64,000 nucleotides of DNA from an uncultured Clostridia bacterium (GCA_944384465.1 CALWTK010000004.1:5257-69256); one strand, 5' to 3'; numbered from the stretch's first letter, positions 10,451-20,934 are shown. Numbers and translations are program-made. Notes: generated by a model from the sequence alone, not told the origin.

Positions 10451-13400
10451 CTAACTAAATTCCAAAGTGAATACATAAGTGGTCATCTCGGTCACTGTGT
10501 CGTAAATGTTGATCACTTTTACATTCACGTTTTCATAAATCGTGTTGCTGTAATACGAATTGATGTCCGCGACTATCGTTTGAATTGTAGAGTTCGAAGG
10601 CAAGGATGTGTTCCCTAACATGGCACTTCTGCTGACCCTAAATTCAAAACTACTTCTATTCGACTCGTTTACTAGCAATTGATTGTATTTAGCGTATAGC
10701 ACAGTGTTCATAACATAAGCTTGCAATTGACTGTACCCTTGTGTTCGATCGTAAACTTGGTAAGACACTTGACCATTTTCAATATATTCTTTCATATAGG
10801 TAAAGTCTTCAATGTCGCTGCCTGCCCCAGTAATTGTAGCATTGATCTCATCTACTGTCATGCCAAAGGTCGCATTGGCATAATAGTCATAAATAGTCGT
10901 ACTCGTTGGAAGAGATACCAAGCTACTCTCTAATACATTTAACTGTCCGCTCAAGAAGCTGTCTGTCACCAAGAAATACAAGTGTGATGACATACCATAA
11001 CAATCTCTTATGTTGTAAGGTACATAATAGTTGTCCGAATAGGTCAAATCTAATGAATACCATGCACTTGAATTTTCGTTATCAGTAACATTTAGATAGA
11101 CTTTGTTCCAACTGTGATCAATAGTGACATTTTCTCCATTCAAAACATAGGTGTATGTGCCGTTTACTTTTCTTGTCTGTATACCTTCAATAGCACATAA
11201 TAGGGTGAACGCTTTTGAATATGCTTCAGCAGTCGCGTTCCTATTCCCGAGATAAAATTCGCCATCATATCCACCAATCGCACTGTTATTTAAATCATAG
11301 AAAATGCCTTCCATATAATATTCTTTTCTTAGTCCATAATCTTCAACCGTACCTTCCACTATCGAACCGCCCGATGTCGTCCTGTTTGCATAGTAATTTA
11401 GATTATAGGCATATTCCAACCAATCAAATATTGCCGTGACTTTTTCTAGATTGGACATATTATTATTGATTATCGCTACCAAAACTGCCTTAGCATTCGC
11501 ATACACCTGTTCAGCGACCGCACTATCTCCTACGAATCTAGGTTTTCTGCCATACTGCACCGCCATCAACAACTGCTCAGTCGTGGTGGCATCCATCTCA
11601 GGCAGTGAATCGATTTCAAAATTCGTGGTGATATTTCTTCGTGAATATATGTCGAGATATTTATAGTCGTTACCATAATCGGTTGCTAATTGAATATATG
11701 CACTTGGAGTATCAATTTTTGCTTCATCCAATAAATTTTCATAATAGATTTTGAAGTTTTGACTATTAGCCGTATGCGAAACATTTATTGAACTCAATAC
11801 ATTTAATTCTGGATACAACCCTAAAAGTTTTTCACAAAGGTAGCTAAAAATTGTACTTTCTGACGCCGTATTAACATAGCCTTCCCACACATCGTCGTCT
11901 GCAAAATTGTATAATACAGCATCTGTCGCCTCTTGTGCCAAACGCACTAAAGCTTCTGTCACACTTTCATCTTCATTGAGGCGCAAATACATACTCAATT
12001 GATATTCACTATCCACGCCGAACAGATAGTGATACCACAAAAGATACATCAAATCATTCACATCATCTATAGCAAAATCATAATATGACCCATACATATA
12101 TACCGAATATCTTTCATAATCATGTTCTACGGTATAAGTATAGTAGACTGGCCACTCTTCGCTAAATGGACTGGAGGTATACTCGCTCGCATTGTTCCCT
12201 GTCGAATTCACCATAGATTTAATCGAAATCAAATAGTTGCCTTCTACAGTAATGCTGTCGTTTATATTGTATTGATTTGTGTTATATGCATGATATTCAT
12301 CCACATCACCTTTAGGGTCGGTCACTCTGATGATATAATAATCCGCATGTTCATCCCCCGTCCATGACACCAAAAATTCGTTCGCAGAATTGTTGGCACA
12401 TTTCATGTCTGAAGGAGTATTCAAGGTCGTCAATTTGTTTAACACCGCATAGGTGCTGGATTCGTCCGAATCACCATAATAACTGTTCTTTGGAGCTAAA
12501 GCTGTGACGTAAATATAATATTCTCCCGCCTGACGCACATATTCTGTAATGTCTGTAGATTGTATCACTTCGAAAGGATTTTGTAGTCCTAAATCATATA
12601 GATAATCTATATATGTTCCGTCATTTATTTTAACGATTCTCACTCTATATGCTGCCGCGTTGTCTTGCATGTCAAAAGACAAAGTATACACGCCATCATT
12701 TTCTGCAACACGGATGTTGGTCACCTGATTTAATTGCATTGTGAGGACAAATTCGTATGTCGCATAACTGCTAGGTTTTACACTTTCGCTATCGACTGGC
12801 AATGCTCTAACCATAATTGTATAACTATTAGCACTGGATACATAGTTTGTGATATCGACTTCATAAAGACTTACGTTATTAGAGTCCACTACATTTATCG
12901 TATTGAAGTTCACCATCACTTCATAACTCGTGGCGAATTCCACTCCATAGAAACATAGGTAGTAATATGTCCTTTCATTGATTACACGCCTAACTACAGG
13001 AGTCAATTCATTGTTCTCATTCCTCAAAAATTCTGGTGTAGCCAACACTCGTTGATGCGAGACAACTAGACTTCCTAGTGTGGTCAATTCACTATTCGAA
13101 TATCCACTATATGGGGCGGCAACTGCTTGCAACTGTACATAATAATCTCTATACTCACCTTCTTTGATGATATATTGAGATAGGTCAATGACTGTACTTG
13201 TAAATAATCTATTTATCCTTACAGCTTCAGTGTTGTCCTTCCCCATCAAGTACACATAATATCCTATCGCATTATCCACTCCGGTAAAGGTCAAAACATA
13301 TGGTTCAGCATCTTGGAAGCCTTGTCCACTGCCTATACTTGGAGTAGCCAACTGGATATTGTAGCTTAGACTTGCGCTCACGCTTTTTATAGCATATTCA

Positions 13401-14902
13401 GCTGATATTGCGTGAACAGTGATATGCTTTAATATACTCTCATATTCCAATAGATTTATATTATTTTGCGTCTGTATAACAACATAATCATCCAATTCTA
13501 CAACATACATAGCCCCCGGTATATTTGTCCACTGAACAAAGTTGTCAGTAATGGCAATCTCTATATCTTCTTCTATCTCAAGCGAGTCCTTGTTGGCAAA
13601 ATTGCTGAACGGAGAAGAGGTGTATGCTCCCTGTCCCATCGCTTGAATAAATACGACTCTATACTCTGCAGGGAGAGTAAAATTGTCGATGTTCTTTGCT
13701 AGCGTATACGTCTCTATAGAAACATTGTTTTCATTTAATATATAGAGGGTAAAGCCACTTACGTTGCTTAGATCGTCCACTTTCCAACTCGCGATATAAT
13801 TTTCGCTCAAGTCATCATAGGTGACAGTCAGAACTGGGGCATCCAATCTGACAGTTTTTGAATAATATGTAGCGAGTGTGAAAGCAGAATCCGAATAATA
13901 TCTCTCTTGCTCGTTAGTCGTAACATAGTTGGCCTGAACTCTAAACTCATATTGTGTCAGTTGATCTAGATCAAGAGTGTTGCCGTCAATCACCACATCG
14001 CTAAAGAAAATATTCAAGTTGATGTCCACCATGTTGTCTGTCATGCTTATAGATGGCTCCACATCATTTAACTCAATAGTTTTTATATAATCCCCCGAAC
14101 GGATTGTGATGGCGTTGGCGTTAGGATCCAATGCTGTGATCAGATGTAGAGCATCTTCGCCGCTGGCATTCGTCACGTTGTATATAGAAGGTGCGGTAGG
14201 GACCTCTAGCGGCACCTCATTAAAATACACCGTCTTGCTAGTATATCCGCTATCAGTATAACGACTGTCATAGCTCACTGCATTGACATAAAATTTGTAA
14301 TACCCTGCCCCCGTCAAAAGGGATGCAAAATCAAATCTATTTGTACTAAATTGATAACTAGAAATTTCGCTAGAATTTGCCACACTCTCCGCGTCATCCA
14401 AAGTTATATTGTCATAAGGCGTGACGACTTTGACCAAATAAAAACTGGCATTTTCTACCGCTTCCCAAGTGAGCACCGTTCCATTTATTTGGACATTGTT
14501 TGGTTTTGACATAGGTATGGTATGGGTATATGAAATGGTATTCGTATAGTCGCTAGATCTTTTGTCCTCTCCCCGGGCCTGCACTTTTATGCTATAGCTC
14601 TCGCCTAAGACGAATATCTTTGACGCGTCATACTGCAAATAATTTATTCCATTATATGTATACAACTCAACAAATGCACTTTCAAGTGGAAAGACATTCA
14701 ATTCCACATCGTTTATGGATATAGTATAATAATCTTCATTTTCGTCTTCGTTCGAACTGCGTTCAAAAGTGATGAGTCCGCCCGACTCCACAGTCAAATT
14801 ATTTGGCGTCTCCAACTTTGTTCTATTGAAATTCGAACAGCCCGTGACCAAGAAAGGCAACATCAAACATATAGACAAAACTAAAATTTTTATTTTTTTC
14901 AT
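10451..14902 (-). CDS. Giant lipoprotein (1483 aa) with repeated Fn3-like modules and a C-terminal transglutaminase-like domain
   Basis: Signal peptide with lipobox LVTGC. At least 7 modules share the pattern LxW..V..A..Y.V.V (for example VLTWEAVENASFYLVKV and FLVSWTGDEHADYYIIRV). The C-terminus has AEAYSKAFTLLCAIEGI...DHSWNKVYL...WYSLDLTYSD...YFLVTDS. RBS AGGGGT precedes the ATG at 14902. Confidence 0.8.
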   Translation of the reverse strand: MKKIKILVLSICLMLPFLVTGCSNFNRTKLETPNNLTVESGGLITFERSSNEDENEDYYTISINDVELNVFPLESAFVELYTYNGINYLQYDASKIFVLGESYSIKVQARGEDKRSSDYTNTISYTHTIPMSKPNNVQINGTVLTWEAVENASFYLVKVVTPYDNITLDDAESVANSSEISSYQFSTNRFDFASLLTGAGYYKFYVNAVSYDSRYTDSGYTSKTVYFNEVPLEVPTAPSIYNVTNASGEDALHLITALDPNANAITIRSGDYIKTIELNDVEPSISMTDNMVDINLNIFFSDVVIDGNTLDLDQLTQYEFRVQANYVTTNEQERYYSDSAFTLATYYSKTVRLDAPVLTVTYDDLSENYIASWKVDDLSNVSGFTLYILNENNVSIETYTLAKNIDNFTLPAEYRVVFIQAMGQGAYTSSPFSNFANKDSLEIEEDIEIAITDNFVQWTNIPGAMYVVELDDYVVIQTQNNINLLEYESILKHITVHAISAEYAIKSVSASLSYNIQLATPSIGSGQGFQDAEPYVLTFTGVDNAIGYYVYLMGKDNTEAVRINRLFTSTVIDLSQYIIKEGEYRDYYVQLQAVAAPYSGYSNSELTTLGSLVVSHQRVLATPEFLRNENNELTPVVRRVINERTYYYLCFYGVEFATSYEVMVNFNTINVVDSNNVSLYEVDITNYVSSANSYTIMVRALPVDSESVKPSSYATYEFVLTMQLNQVTNIRVAENDGVYTLSFDMQDNAAAYRVRIVKINDGTYIDYLYDLGLQNPFEVIQSTDITEYVRQAGEYYIYVTALAPKNSYYGDSDESSTYAVLNKLTTLNTPSDMKCANNSANEFLVSWTGDEHADYYIIRVTDPKGDVDEYHAYNTNQYNINDSITVEGNYLISIKSMVNSTGNNASEYTSSPFSEEWPVYYTYTVEHDYERYSVYMYGSYYDFAIDDVNDLMYLLWYHYLFGVDSEYQLSMYLRLNEDESVTEALVRLAQEATDAVLYNFADDDVWEGYVNTASESTIFSYLCEKLLGLYPELNVLSSINVSHTANSQNFKIYYENLLDEAKIDTPSAYIQLATDYGNDYKYLDIYSRRNITTNFEIDSLPEMDATTTEQLLMAVQYGRKPRFVGDSAVAEQVYANAKAVLVAIINNNMSNLEKVTAIFDWLEYAYNLNYYANRTTSGGSIVEGTVEDYGLRKEYYMEGIFYDLNNSAIGGYDGEFYLGNRNATAEAYSKAFTLLCAIEGIQTRKVNGTYTYVLNGENVTIDHSWNKVYLNVTDNENSSAWYSLDLTYSDNYYVPYNIRDCYGMSSHLYFLVTDSFLSGQLNVLESSLVSLPTSTTIYDYYANATFGMTVDEINATITGAGSDIEDFTYMKEYIENGQVSYQVYDRTQGYSQLQAYVMNTVLYAKYNQLLVNESNRSSFEFRVSRSAMLGNTSLPSNSTIQTIVADINSYYSNTIYENVNVKVINIYDTVTEMTTYVFTLEFS

Positions 14903-15043
14903 ATTACCCCTAATAATCTATTTAGATTATTATACCCAAATAATCGTCATAAATCAAATAATTTTGACAAAATATACATTTTATATTAATTCAACAATAT
15001 CATAATCAGCAAATTTGCACATAAATTATTTTTAGAGGTAAAT

Positions 15044-15775
15044 ATGTATTATTGTAATGATTTTCTATCACTTTCGGTGCTATCTTTATATGAAGGCGAA
15101 TTGTTAGGAGTTGTGGACAAACTATATTTTGATAAAAAAATGAAAAAATTAATAGAATTAGAATTAATTGGTGAAAATGACACTAGATTAATTTTGCCCA
15201 CAAAAAATATTTATCATGTGGGTAAAAATGCAATCACGGTAAAAAATAATCAAGCTGTCAGTTTGAAAGTAGAAGAAAGTGAATTTGCACTATGCCCAAT
15301 TGACTCAAAAGCATACACTATAAAGGGTGAATATCTAGGAATGATAAAGGAAATCAGTTTGAATGAAAAATATCTAACCGACAAATTTTCTTTGGACAAC
15401 AACACGACACTGGATGTAAAAAATCTGGCATCTTGTGGAAAAAATACAATCATATTTTATGACACGTCAGAAAAGATAAATATAAATAAATTCACACCAC
15501 AAAAAACGCCAAAGACTTTCAAAAGCGAACCCGCGCAGACCGCCAACATACTGCCAATAGATGAAAGTGAGACATCACAGGCTGTTCAAATAGAGACAAA
15601 ACCAAAAACCAACACACAAAATGCAGAATTTTTGATAGGTAGAATTTGCACCAAGGACATATTCAATTTCAACAACGAACTCTTGATCAAAGCACATGGC
15701 GTGGTGAACAAAAAGAACTTAAAAGAAATAAATAAGTTTGGCAAGCTTCGCGAGTTGATGCTCTATTGTAAGTGA
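15044..15775 (+). CDS. PRC-barrel-like domain protein (YlmC/YmxH-like N-terminus)
   Basis: 243 aa. The N-terminus (LSVLSLYEGELLGVVDKLYFD) resembles PRC-barrel sporulation proteins. The central linker is low-complexity. Confidence 0.45.
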   Translation: MYYCNDFLSLSVLSLYEGELLGVVDKLYFDKKMKKLIELELIGENDTRLILPTKNIYHVGKNAITVKNNQAVSLKVEESEFALCPIDSKAYTIKGEYLGMIKEISLNEKYLTDKFSLDNNTTLDVKNLASCGKNTIIFYDTSEKININKFTPQKTPKTFKSEPAQTANILPIDESETSQAVQIETKPKTNTQNAEFLIGRICTKDIFNFNNELLIKAHGVVNKKNLKEINKFGKLRELMLYCK

Positions 15776-16288
15776 CTATACAGACAAAAATCTCACATTA
15801 TCCCTGATTTGCTGGAAAGCCTTGATATGTTGTTCTTCATCTTCTATTATTCTTGAAAACAGATTTTTAAGGCTTTCATTTTTTACTCTTTTGATCGCTT
15901 CTCTATAATTGTTGATCGCCATATTTTCCGCTCGTATGTTGTGATCTAACATCTCTTTTAGTTTTGTAGTATAATTAATGCAATTTGTACTAAAATAATT
16001 TCCCTGACTGTCTTCATATTTTGGCACTCCGCCAAAATCCGTCACTGCATGCATCAATAGATCCATGTGGATCATCTCGACTATTCCTATCTCTTCAATT
16101 ATGCTACCTATCTCTTCCATAGTTTTGTCTGCCACCACAGACTGATATATGTATTGCAATATTGCGCCTAGCTCTCCCGGCTTTGAAATAAGATTTTTTA
16201 AAATGCCAACAGTCATAGGGTCATCCGTCGCCCGCTCGATTTCTGGATAAGGTTTGTCAACTTTTACTTTGATATCTTTTAGATTCAT
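15776..16288 (-). CDS. Ferritin-like di-iron protein (CotJC/manganese-catalase-like family)
   Basis: 170 aa with two ExxH motifs (EMIHMDLL, EDEEQHIKAF). The N-terminus is similar in style to CotJC. Confidence 0.55.
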   Translation of the reverse strand: MNLKDIKVKVDKPYPEIERATDDPMTVGILKNLISKPGELGAILQYIYQSVVADKTMEEIGSIIEEIGIVEMIHMDLLMHAVTDFGGVPKYEDSQGNYFSTNCINYTTKLKEMLDHNIRAENMAINNYREAIKRVKNESLKNLFSRIIEDEEQHIKAFQQIRDNVRFLSV

Positions 16289-16527
16289 ACATCCTCCTCA
16301 ATACTATATATTAATTATTCAAAAAAATAATTTTTTGTTAAAAATTTAATAATTGAATAAAAATATCAAAAAATAATAAAAAAATTTAATTTTTTCGCGA
16401 AAAATAATTAAAAAATTGAATTTTTATATTAAAATTTAAAAATTATTAGTTTTACAATTTTTATTGTCACGTTTTTTAAACTCTGAATTTAATAAAAAAT
16501 AAATATATTAAAATTGTATCTAAATAA

Positions 16528-16556
16528 TTGTTAAATTGATAAAGATATGGTACAAT
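16528..16556 (+). promoter_or_regulatory. Putative sigma-A promoter of the P-type ATPase gene
   Basis: TTGTTA at 16528-16533, a 17-nt spacer ending in TGg, and TACAAT at 16551-16556. Confidence 0.4.
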
Positions 16557-16571
16557 CATGTCAGGTGGTAT

Positions 16572-18956
16572 ATGCGAAACAAAAAGAAAAACAAACTTAC
16601 AACGACACAAAACATTACTAGATTCAATCCAAAGCCAGATTCTGGTTTGACTCAGAATCAAATACAGCAACGCAACGAAGAAAATCTAGTCAATGTATCC
16701 AACATAAAGACGACCAAAAGTTTGTGGAGTATATTTGCAAAAAATATATTCACATTTTTCAATATGACTTGTCTTGTTGTAGCCATCGCACTCATCAGTG
16801 TAAACGCATACTCAGACATGATGTTCATGATCATTGTGATACTAAACACTACAATAGGTATTATCCAAGAAATTCGTGCCAAAAAAACTATGGACAAGTT
16901 ATCTCTGACCAACTCCAATTTTACCAAAGTCATTCGTGATGGTGAAGAAGAAGAGATATACAAGACTGAAGTGGTATTAGATGACGTTTTGTGCTTGAAT
17001 CCTGGCATGCAGATTGCATGCGACAGCATTGTCCTAGATGGGCAGGTGGAAGTGAATGAAAGTTTGCTCACTGGGGAAAGTCAACCGGTCAAAAAGTCTA
17101 AAGGTGATAGTCTGCTAGGCGGGAGCTTTATATCCAGTGGTACATGCAAGGCAAAGGTAAATAAAATAGGTAACGACAACTACATCGTACAGTTGAGCGA
17201 AAAGGCAAAAGCGTTCAAACAAGCAAAAAGTGAATTGCTCACATCCCTGAGGGCGTTGATCAAAATAATCACCATATTTATGGTCCCAATAGCCATCATG
17301 ATGCTGTACAACAATTACACCTATTATTCAGCCAATCCCGCAGCAGAATATTCGCTCATCTATATGGTCATCACCAAGACAAGCGGTTGTATAATTGCAA
17401 TGATACCTGCGGGCATGTTTTTGTTGACCTCAGTAGCGTTAGCTGTCAGCGTCATGCGCCTAGCCAAGAAACGAACTTTGGTGCAGGACTTATACTGCAT
17501 TGAGATGCTCGCTCGGACCAATGTACTCTGCTTAGACAAAACTGGGACACTTACCAACGGTTCCATGAGCGTGAAAAATGTTGTCATGGTCAGTAAGAAG
17601 ACAGAAAAGGATGTAGACAAAATTGTGTCTTCTATGGTCGCGTCCTTCCATGACGCCAATCATACAGCGTTGGCATTAAAAGCATATTTTGGTAAGCCTG
17701 TCTACACCGCTGAAAAATCCGTACCTTTCTCTAGCGAGAGAAAATTCATGGGTTGCAAATTCAAAACAGTCGGTACGTACAAGTTGGGAGCATACGAATA
17801 TGTCTTAGACAACCCTTCTGAAGAGATAAAAAAACAGGCAGAAGAATTCGCTTCAAATGGTTATAGGGTATTGTTATTGACCGAATGTGACAACAATTTC
17901 ACGAACAACAACGCCAAGCCTATAGCCATGATTTTACTTCAAGACAATATTAGAAAAGACGCACCAAAAACTATAGAATGGTTTAAACAAAACGATGTAG
18001 ACATCAAGATTATATCGGGAGACAATCCTATCACTGTCAGCGAGGTCGCACGCCGTGTGGGAGTTGATAATTATGACAAATACATCAGCCTGCAGGGACT
18101 AAGCAATACAGAAGTCATGGAAGCAGCCACAAAATATTCTATATTTGGTCGCGTCAGCCCGGAACAGAAAGCCATATTGGTAAAAGCGCTAAAATCACAA
18201 GGGAAAACTGTCGCCATGACAGGCGATGGCGTGAATGATATACTGGCATTGAAAGAAGCGGATTGTTCGGTAGCTATCGCTGCAGGGAGTGACGCTGCGC
18301 GCAGTGTGAGTCAACTGGTGCTCCTAGATAGCAATTTCAGTTCCATGCCTAGCGTAGTAGCTGAAGGTAGACGCGTGGTCAACAATATACAAAAATCCTC
18401 ATCCCTATTCTTGATGAAGACTATCTTCGCAATATGTATTGCAATATTCGTACTATGCATGAACAAAACATATCCATTTTCGCCAATACAATTCATTTTG
18501 TTGGAGATATTTGTCATAGGGTTACCATCCTTCTTCCTAGCTTTGCAACCGAACACAAATCCTATCAAAGGAAAATTTATGTCCAACTTGGCGAAAAATG
18601 CCCTACCTGCTGGAATGTGTCTCGTAGGTGTGACTATCACGATGTATATATATCAGATGTTCACTGGCATTTCTACAGAATTGTTGGTCACAATGTCATC
18701 TATTGCAATCGTCGCTGTAGGATTTATGGCGCTGTTCAGGATGTGCAAGCCATTCAATTGGTTTAAATCAATCATGTATGTAGCCTGCCTAGCCATATGT
18801 ATAACTTGCGTCGTCTTCTTACACGACTTGTTTAGGTATGTTACAATTCCTTATGTTGATTTGTTGTTCTTGATAATAGTCATAGAGTCCGCTTTCCCAG
18901 TATATTTGATATTCAACTATTTGGCAGATCTATCAAAGCATATATCTAAAGATTGA
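16572..18956 (+). CDS. Cation-translocating P-type ATPase (HAD-IC, Ca/Mg-type)
   Basis: Motifs TGES, DKTGTLT, MTGDGVNDILALK and 8-10 TM segments. The ATG at 16572 (MRNKKK) is preferred over the TTG at 16536. Confidence 0.9.
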   Translation: MRNKKKNKLTTTQNITRFNPKPDSGLTQNQIQQRNEENLVNVSNIKTTKSLWSIFAKNIFTFFNMTCLVVAIALISVNAYSDMMFMIIVILNTTIGIIQEIRAKKTMDKLSLTNSNFTKVIRDGEEEEIYKTEVVLDDVLCLNPGMQIACDSIVLDGQVEVNESLLTGESQPVKKSKGDSLLGGSFISSGTCKAKVNKIGNDNYIVQLSEKAKAFKQAKSELLTSLRALIKIITIFMVPIAIMMLYNNYTYYSANPAAEYSLIYMVITKTSGCIIAMIPAGMFLLTSVALAVSVMRLAKKRTLVQDLYCIEMLARTNVLCLDKTGTLTNGSMSVKNVVMVSKKTEKDVDKIVSSMVASFHDANHTALALKAYFGKPVYTAEKSVPFSSERKFMGCKFKTVGTYKLGAYEYVLDNPSEEIKKQAEEFASNGYRVLLLTECDNNFTNNNAKPIAMILLQDNIRKDAPKTIEWFKQNDVDIKIISGDNPITVSEVARRVGVDNYDKYISLQGLSNTEVMEAATKYSIFGRVSPEQKAILVKALKSQGKTVAMTGDGVNDILALKEADCSVAIAAGSDAARSVSQLVLLDSNFSSMPSVVAEGRRVVNNIQKSSSLFLMKTIFAICIAIFVLCMNKTYPFSPIQFILLEIFVIGLPSFFLALQPNTNPIKGKFMSNLAKNALPAGMCLVGVTITMYIYQMFTGISTELLVTMSSIAIVAVGFMALFRMCKPFNWFKSIMYVACLAICITCVVFLHDLFRYVTIPYVDLLFLIIVIESAFPVYLIFNYLADLSKHISKD

Positions 18957-19803
18957 TTATATTGCTGATCTTATGTGTAGATATCTCAAAATTACAAATA
19001 CCCGCAAGGGTATTTTTTTTAAACAGCAAAATTTTATTTTCATCAATAGGATAATAGTCGTCAAATTCGTCAAAAATGTCCAATATATTATTTTCATTTT
19101 CTTGTCTTATATTTTCATCTAAAAGTTCGTTGCAGTATTTTAAATTTCTGTTCAACAAACAATCTAAAAATGTACAAGCCAAAAACTCGTCTTTCAAATT
19201 CAATTCTTCGTCATCCAAATACACAAGATATGTATCAAATTTTTTGTCTTTTATATGATAGACTCGCCCATGGTTCAACACATCATGTTTTCTGCACATG
19301 AAAAATATCTCGCTCTCCGACACATTGATTTCGTCATAGTAGTCCGCAGCACAGACCTCTGCCCCATTCAAAATGACGACATAGTCCCTCGCCCCTGAAA
19401 AATAAATCACGCAAAGATCCCCTATCACTTCATAGTGTGAAAATATTATCCCTTCAACAGCTCTCGACAGCACCATCTCATTCCCCACATAGATCACCAA
19501 TTCTTCGTTTAAATTCAGCTGTATATCTTTATTTGAATATTTAAAATTTGTATAAAAATTGTTCGTGTTATAATGTGGCATGAGAAAAAAATAATCATCC
19601 ATCCCTTCCCTCACATGCACGACTGAATTGCTGACGCACTCAGGATGAACAAAATTCAAAATCACGGGCGCTTCATTTTTGTAACCTAAAAAAATGCAAT
19701 TTTGATCCGATGTATCTGACACTTTATATTTTACATTCGGCAATATCTCTATTTGCTTTTCTCCAAGCATTAGACAATGAAACTTAGATACTAGATAAAT
19801 CAT
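18946..19803 (-). CDS. Hypothetical protein (285 aa), no recognisable motif
   Basis: Long ORF in an AT-rich orphan block. Its 3' end overlaps the convergent ATPase gene by 11 nt. Confidence 0.5.
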   Translation of the reverse strand: MIYLVSKFHCLMLGEKQIEILPNVKYKVSDTSDQNCIFLGYKNEAPVILNFVHPECVSNSVVHVREGMDDYFFLMPHYNTNNFYTNFKYSNKDIQLNLNEELVIYVGNEMVLSRAVEGIIFSHYEVIGDLCVIYFSGARDYVVILNGAEVCAADYYDEINVSESEIFFMCRKHDVLNHGRVYHIKDKKFDTYLVYLDDEELNLKDEFLACTFLDCLLNRNLKYCNELLDENIRQENENNILDIFDEFDDYYPIDENKILLFKKNTLAGICNFEISTHKISNIINL

Positions 19804-19900
19804 ATTAATATTTATGAAACAAATACAAAAAACTTTCTAAAATTACAAAATCCACAATATACCGCAAAATAATTATCCGATTAAAGGTAAAAATAAAATT

Positions 19901-20200
19901 ATGATAAAGAATTTAGTAAAAATAAACTCCATCTCTACTAGAGTAAAATGGAAGGAGTCGAAAAGATGCAACATACATGTTATGCCGCCCACAATTACAG
20001 ACGACGACATAACCGCTCTATTTAACGGCATATTGAACGTGATGCGAAAAAAGATTGAACTGGAAACTCGTGCCGAAATCATCAATATGAACGTCAATAT
20101 TGAAAAGATAATGAAGCAACTCAATGAAAAAAAAGCAGAATGTATAAGACTAAAAAATGAAATTTTGTACCTAAAATCAAAGTATAACACTATCAAATAA
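19901..20200 (+). CDS. Hypothetical small coiled-coil protein (99 aa)
   Basis: K/E-rich heptad-like C-terminal half. Preferred over the antisense F/S/I-rich ORF 19873..20205. Confidence 0.3.
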   Translation: MIKNLVKINSISTRVKWKESKRCNIHVMPPTITDDDITALFNGILNVMRKKIELETRAEIINMNVNIEKIMKQLNEKKAECIRLKNEILYLKSKYNTIK

Positions 20201-20590
20201 CGCATCTAAATCAACTGCATAATTTTTCACATCAGAAATTTTGGCAAAATTGATCATAAAATTTACAATATGCTGCTGGCTTCTTGTAGTCAAAAATATG
20301 GCATCCAAAGATTTTACAATCAAACATTTCGTCAGCCCTATCTCTCTTTTGTTCATTGTTGTATTTGAATTCAATCTTAATTGAGATGTCTCTAAAGAAA
20401 AAATCGGCAATATGTTCTTTCTGGATTTAACTTTTAGTCTCTCAAATAAGGCTTTTTCCAACTCCCCATAGCAATCTACATATATTTCATGGTAGTCATA
20501 TGTGAGATTTTCTATAATCTCTAATAACTCATTTATGATAATGTCGTTAAAGTATTTTTTGTCTACTATACCGTAGCCTATTAAAAACAT
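20177..20590 (-). CDS. Hypothetical protein (137 aa); weak YpsA/SLOG-like N-terminal pattern
   Basis: FLIGYGIVDKKYF...IYVDCYGELEKALFERLK loosely resembles the YpsA (DUF1273) beta-alpha start. This is a by-eye reading only. Confidence 0.4.
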   Translation of the reverse strand: MFLIGYGIVDKKYFNDIIINELLEIIENLTYDYHEIYVDCYGELEKALFERLKVKSRKNILPIFSLETSQLRLNSNTTMNKREIGLTKCLIVKSLDAIFLTTRSQQHIVNFMINFAKISDVKNYAVDLDALFDSVIL

Positions 20591-20692
20591 TTCTTCATAT
20601 GTCCCCTATAATCGTTCTTATAATATTTAAAACATTATATACGTATAGATATCTATACGTATAATAAAATTGATATAGATTATCATAATAAT

Positions 20693-20934
20693 ATGAAAAT
20701 TAACAAAGCTTTCGCATTGAAATTGTCGAAATTTGATGAATGAAAAGGGAATTTCAAAATACAAACTTGAAAAAAAAGACAGGTTTATCACACGCAACTT
20801 TTCAAAACATTTTTAACGAAGTAAATAGTGATATAATGTTTTCGACCATTGTCAATATTTTATCTGCATTGAATATTGAACTAAAAGACTTTTTTGATGA
20901 TGAATTATTCAGTTACAACAATCTGGACTTTTAA
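20693..20934 (+). pseudogene. XRE-family HTH regulator disrupted by two +1 frameshifts
   Basis: The ATG at 20693 reads MKINKAFALKLSKFDE* (stop codon at 20741-20743). The next frame reads MNEKGISKYKLEKK from 20736. The track ORF from 20740 continues with TGLSHATFQNI.... Removing one T at 20732-20734 and one A from the A8 run at 20770-20777 restores a canonical HTH_XRE protein. Confidence 0.7.

Noticed and set aside
19873-20205. 110-aa minus-strand ORF.
   Set aside because: It is F/S/I-rich and low-complexity, typical of the antisense of a K/E-rich gene. The + strand 99-aa ORF is more protein-like, though it is itself of low confidence.
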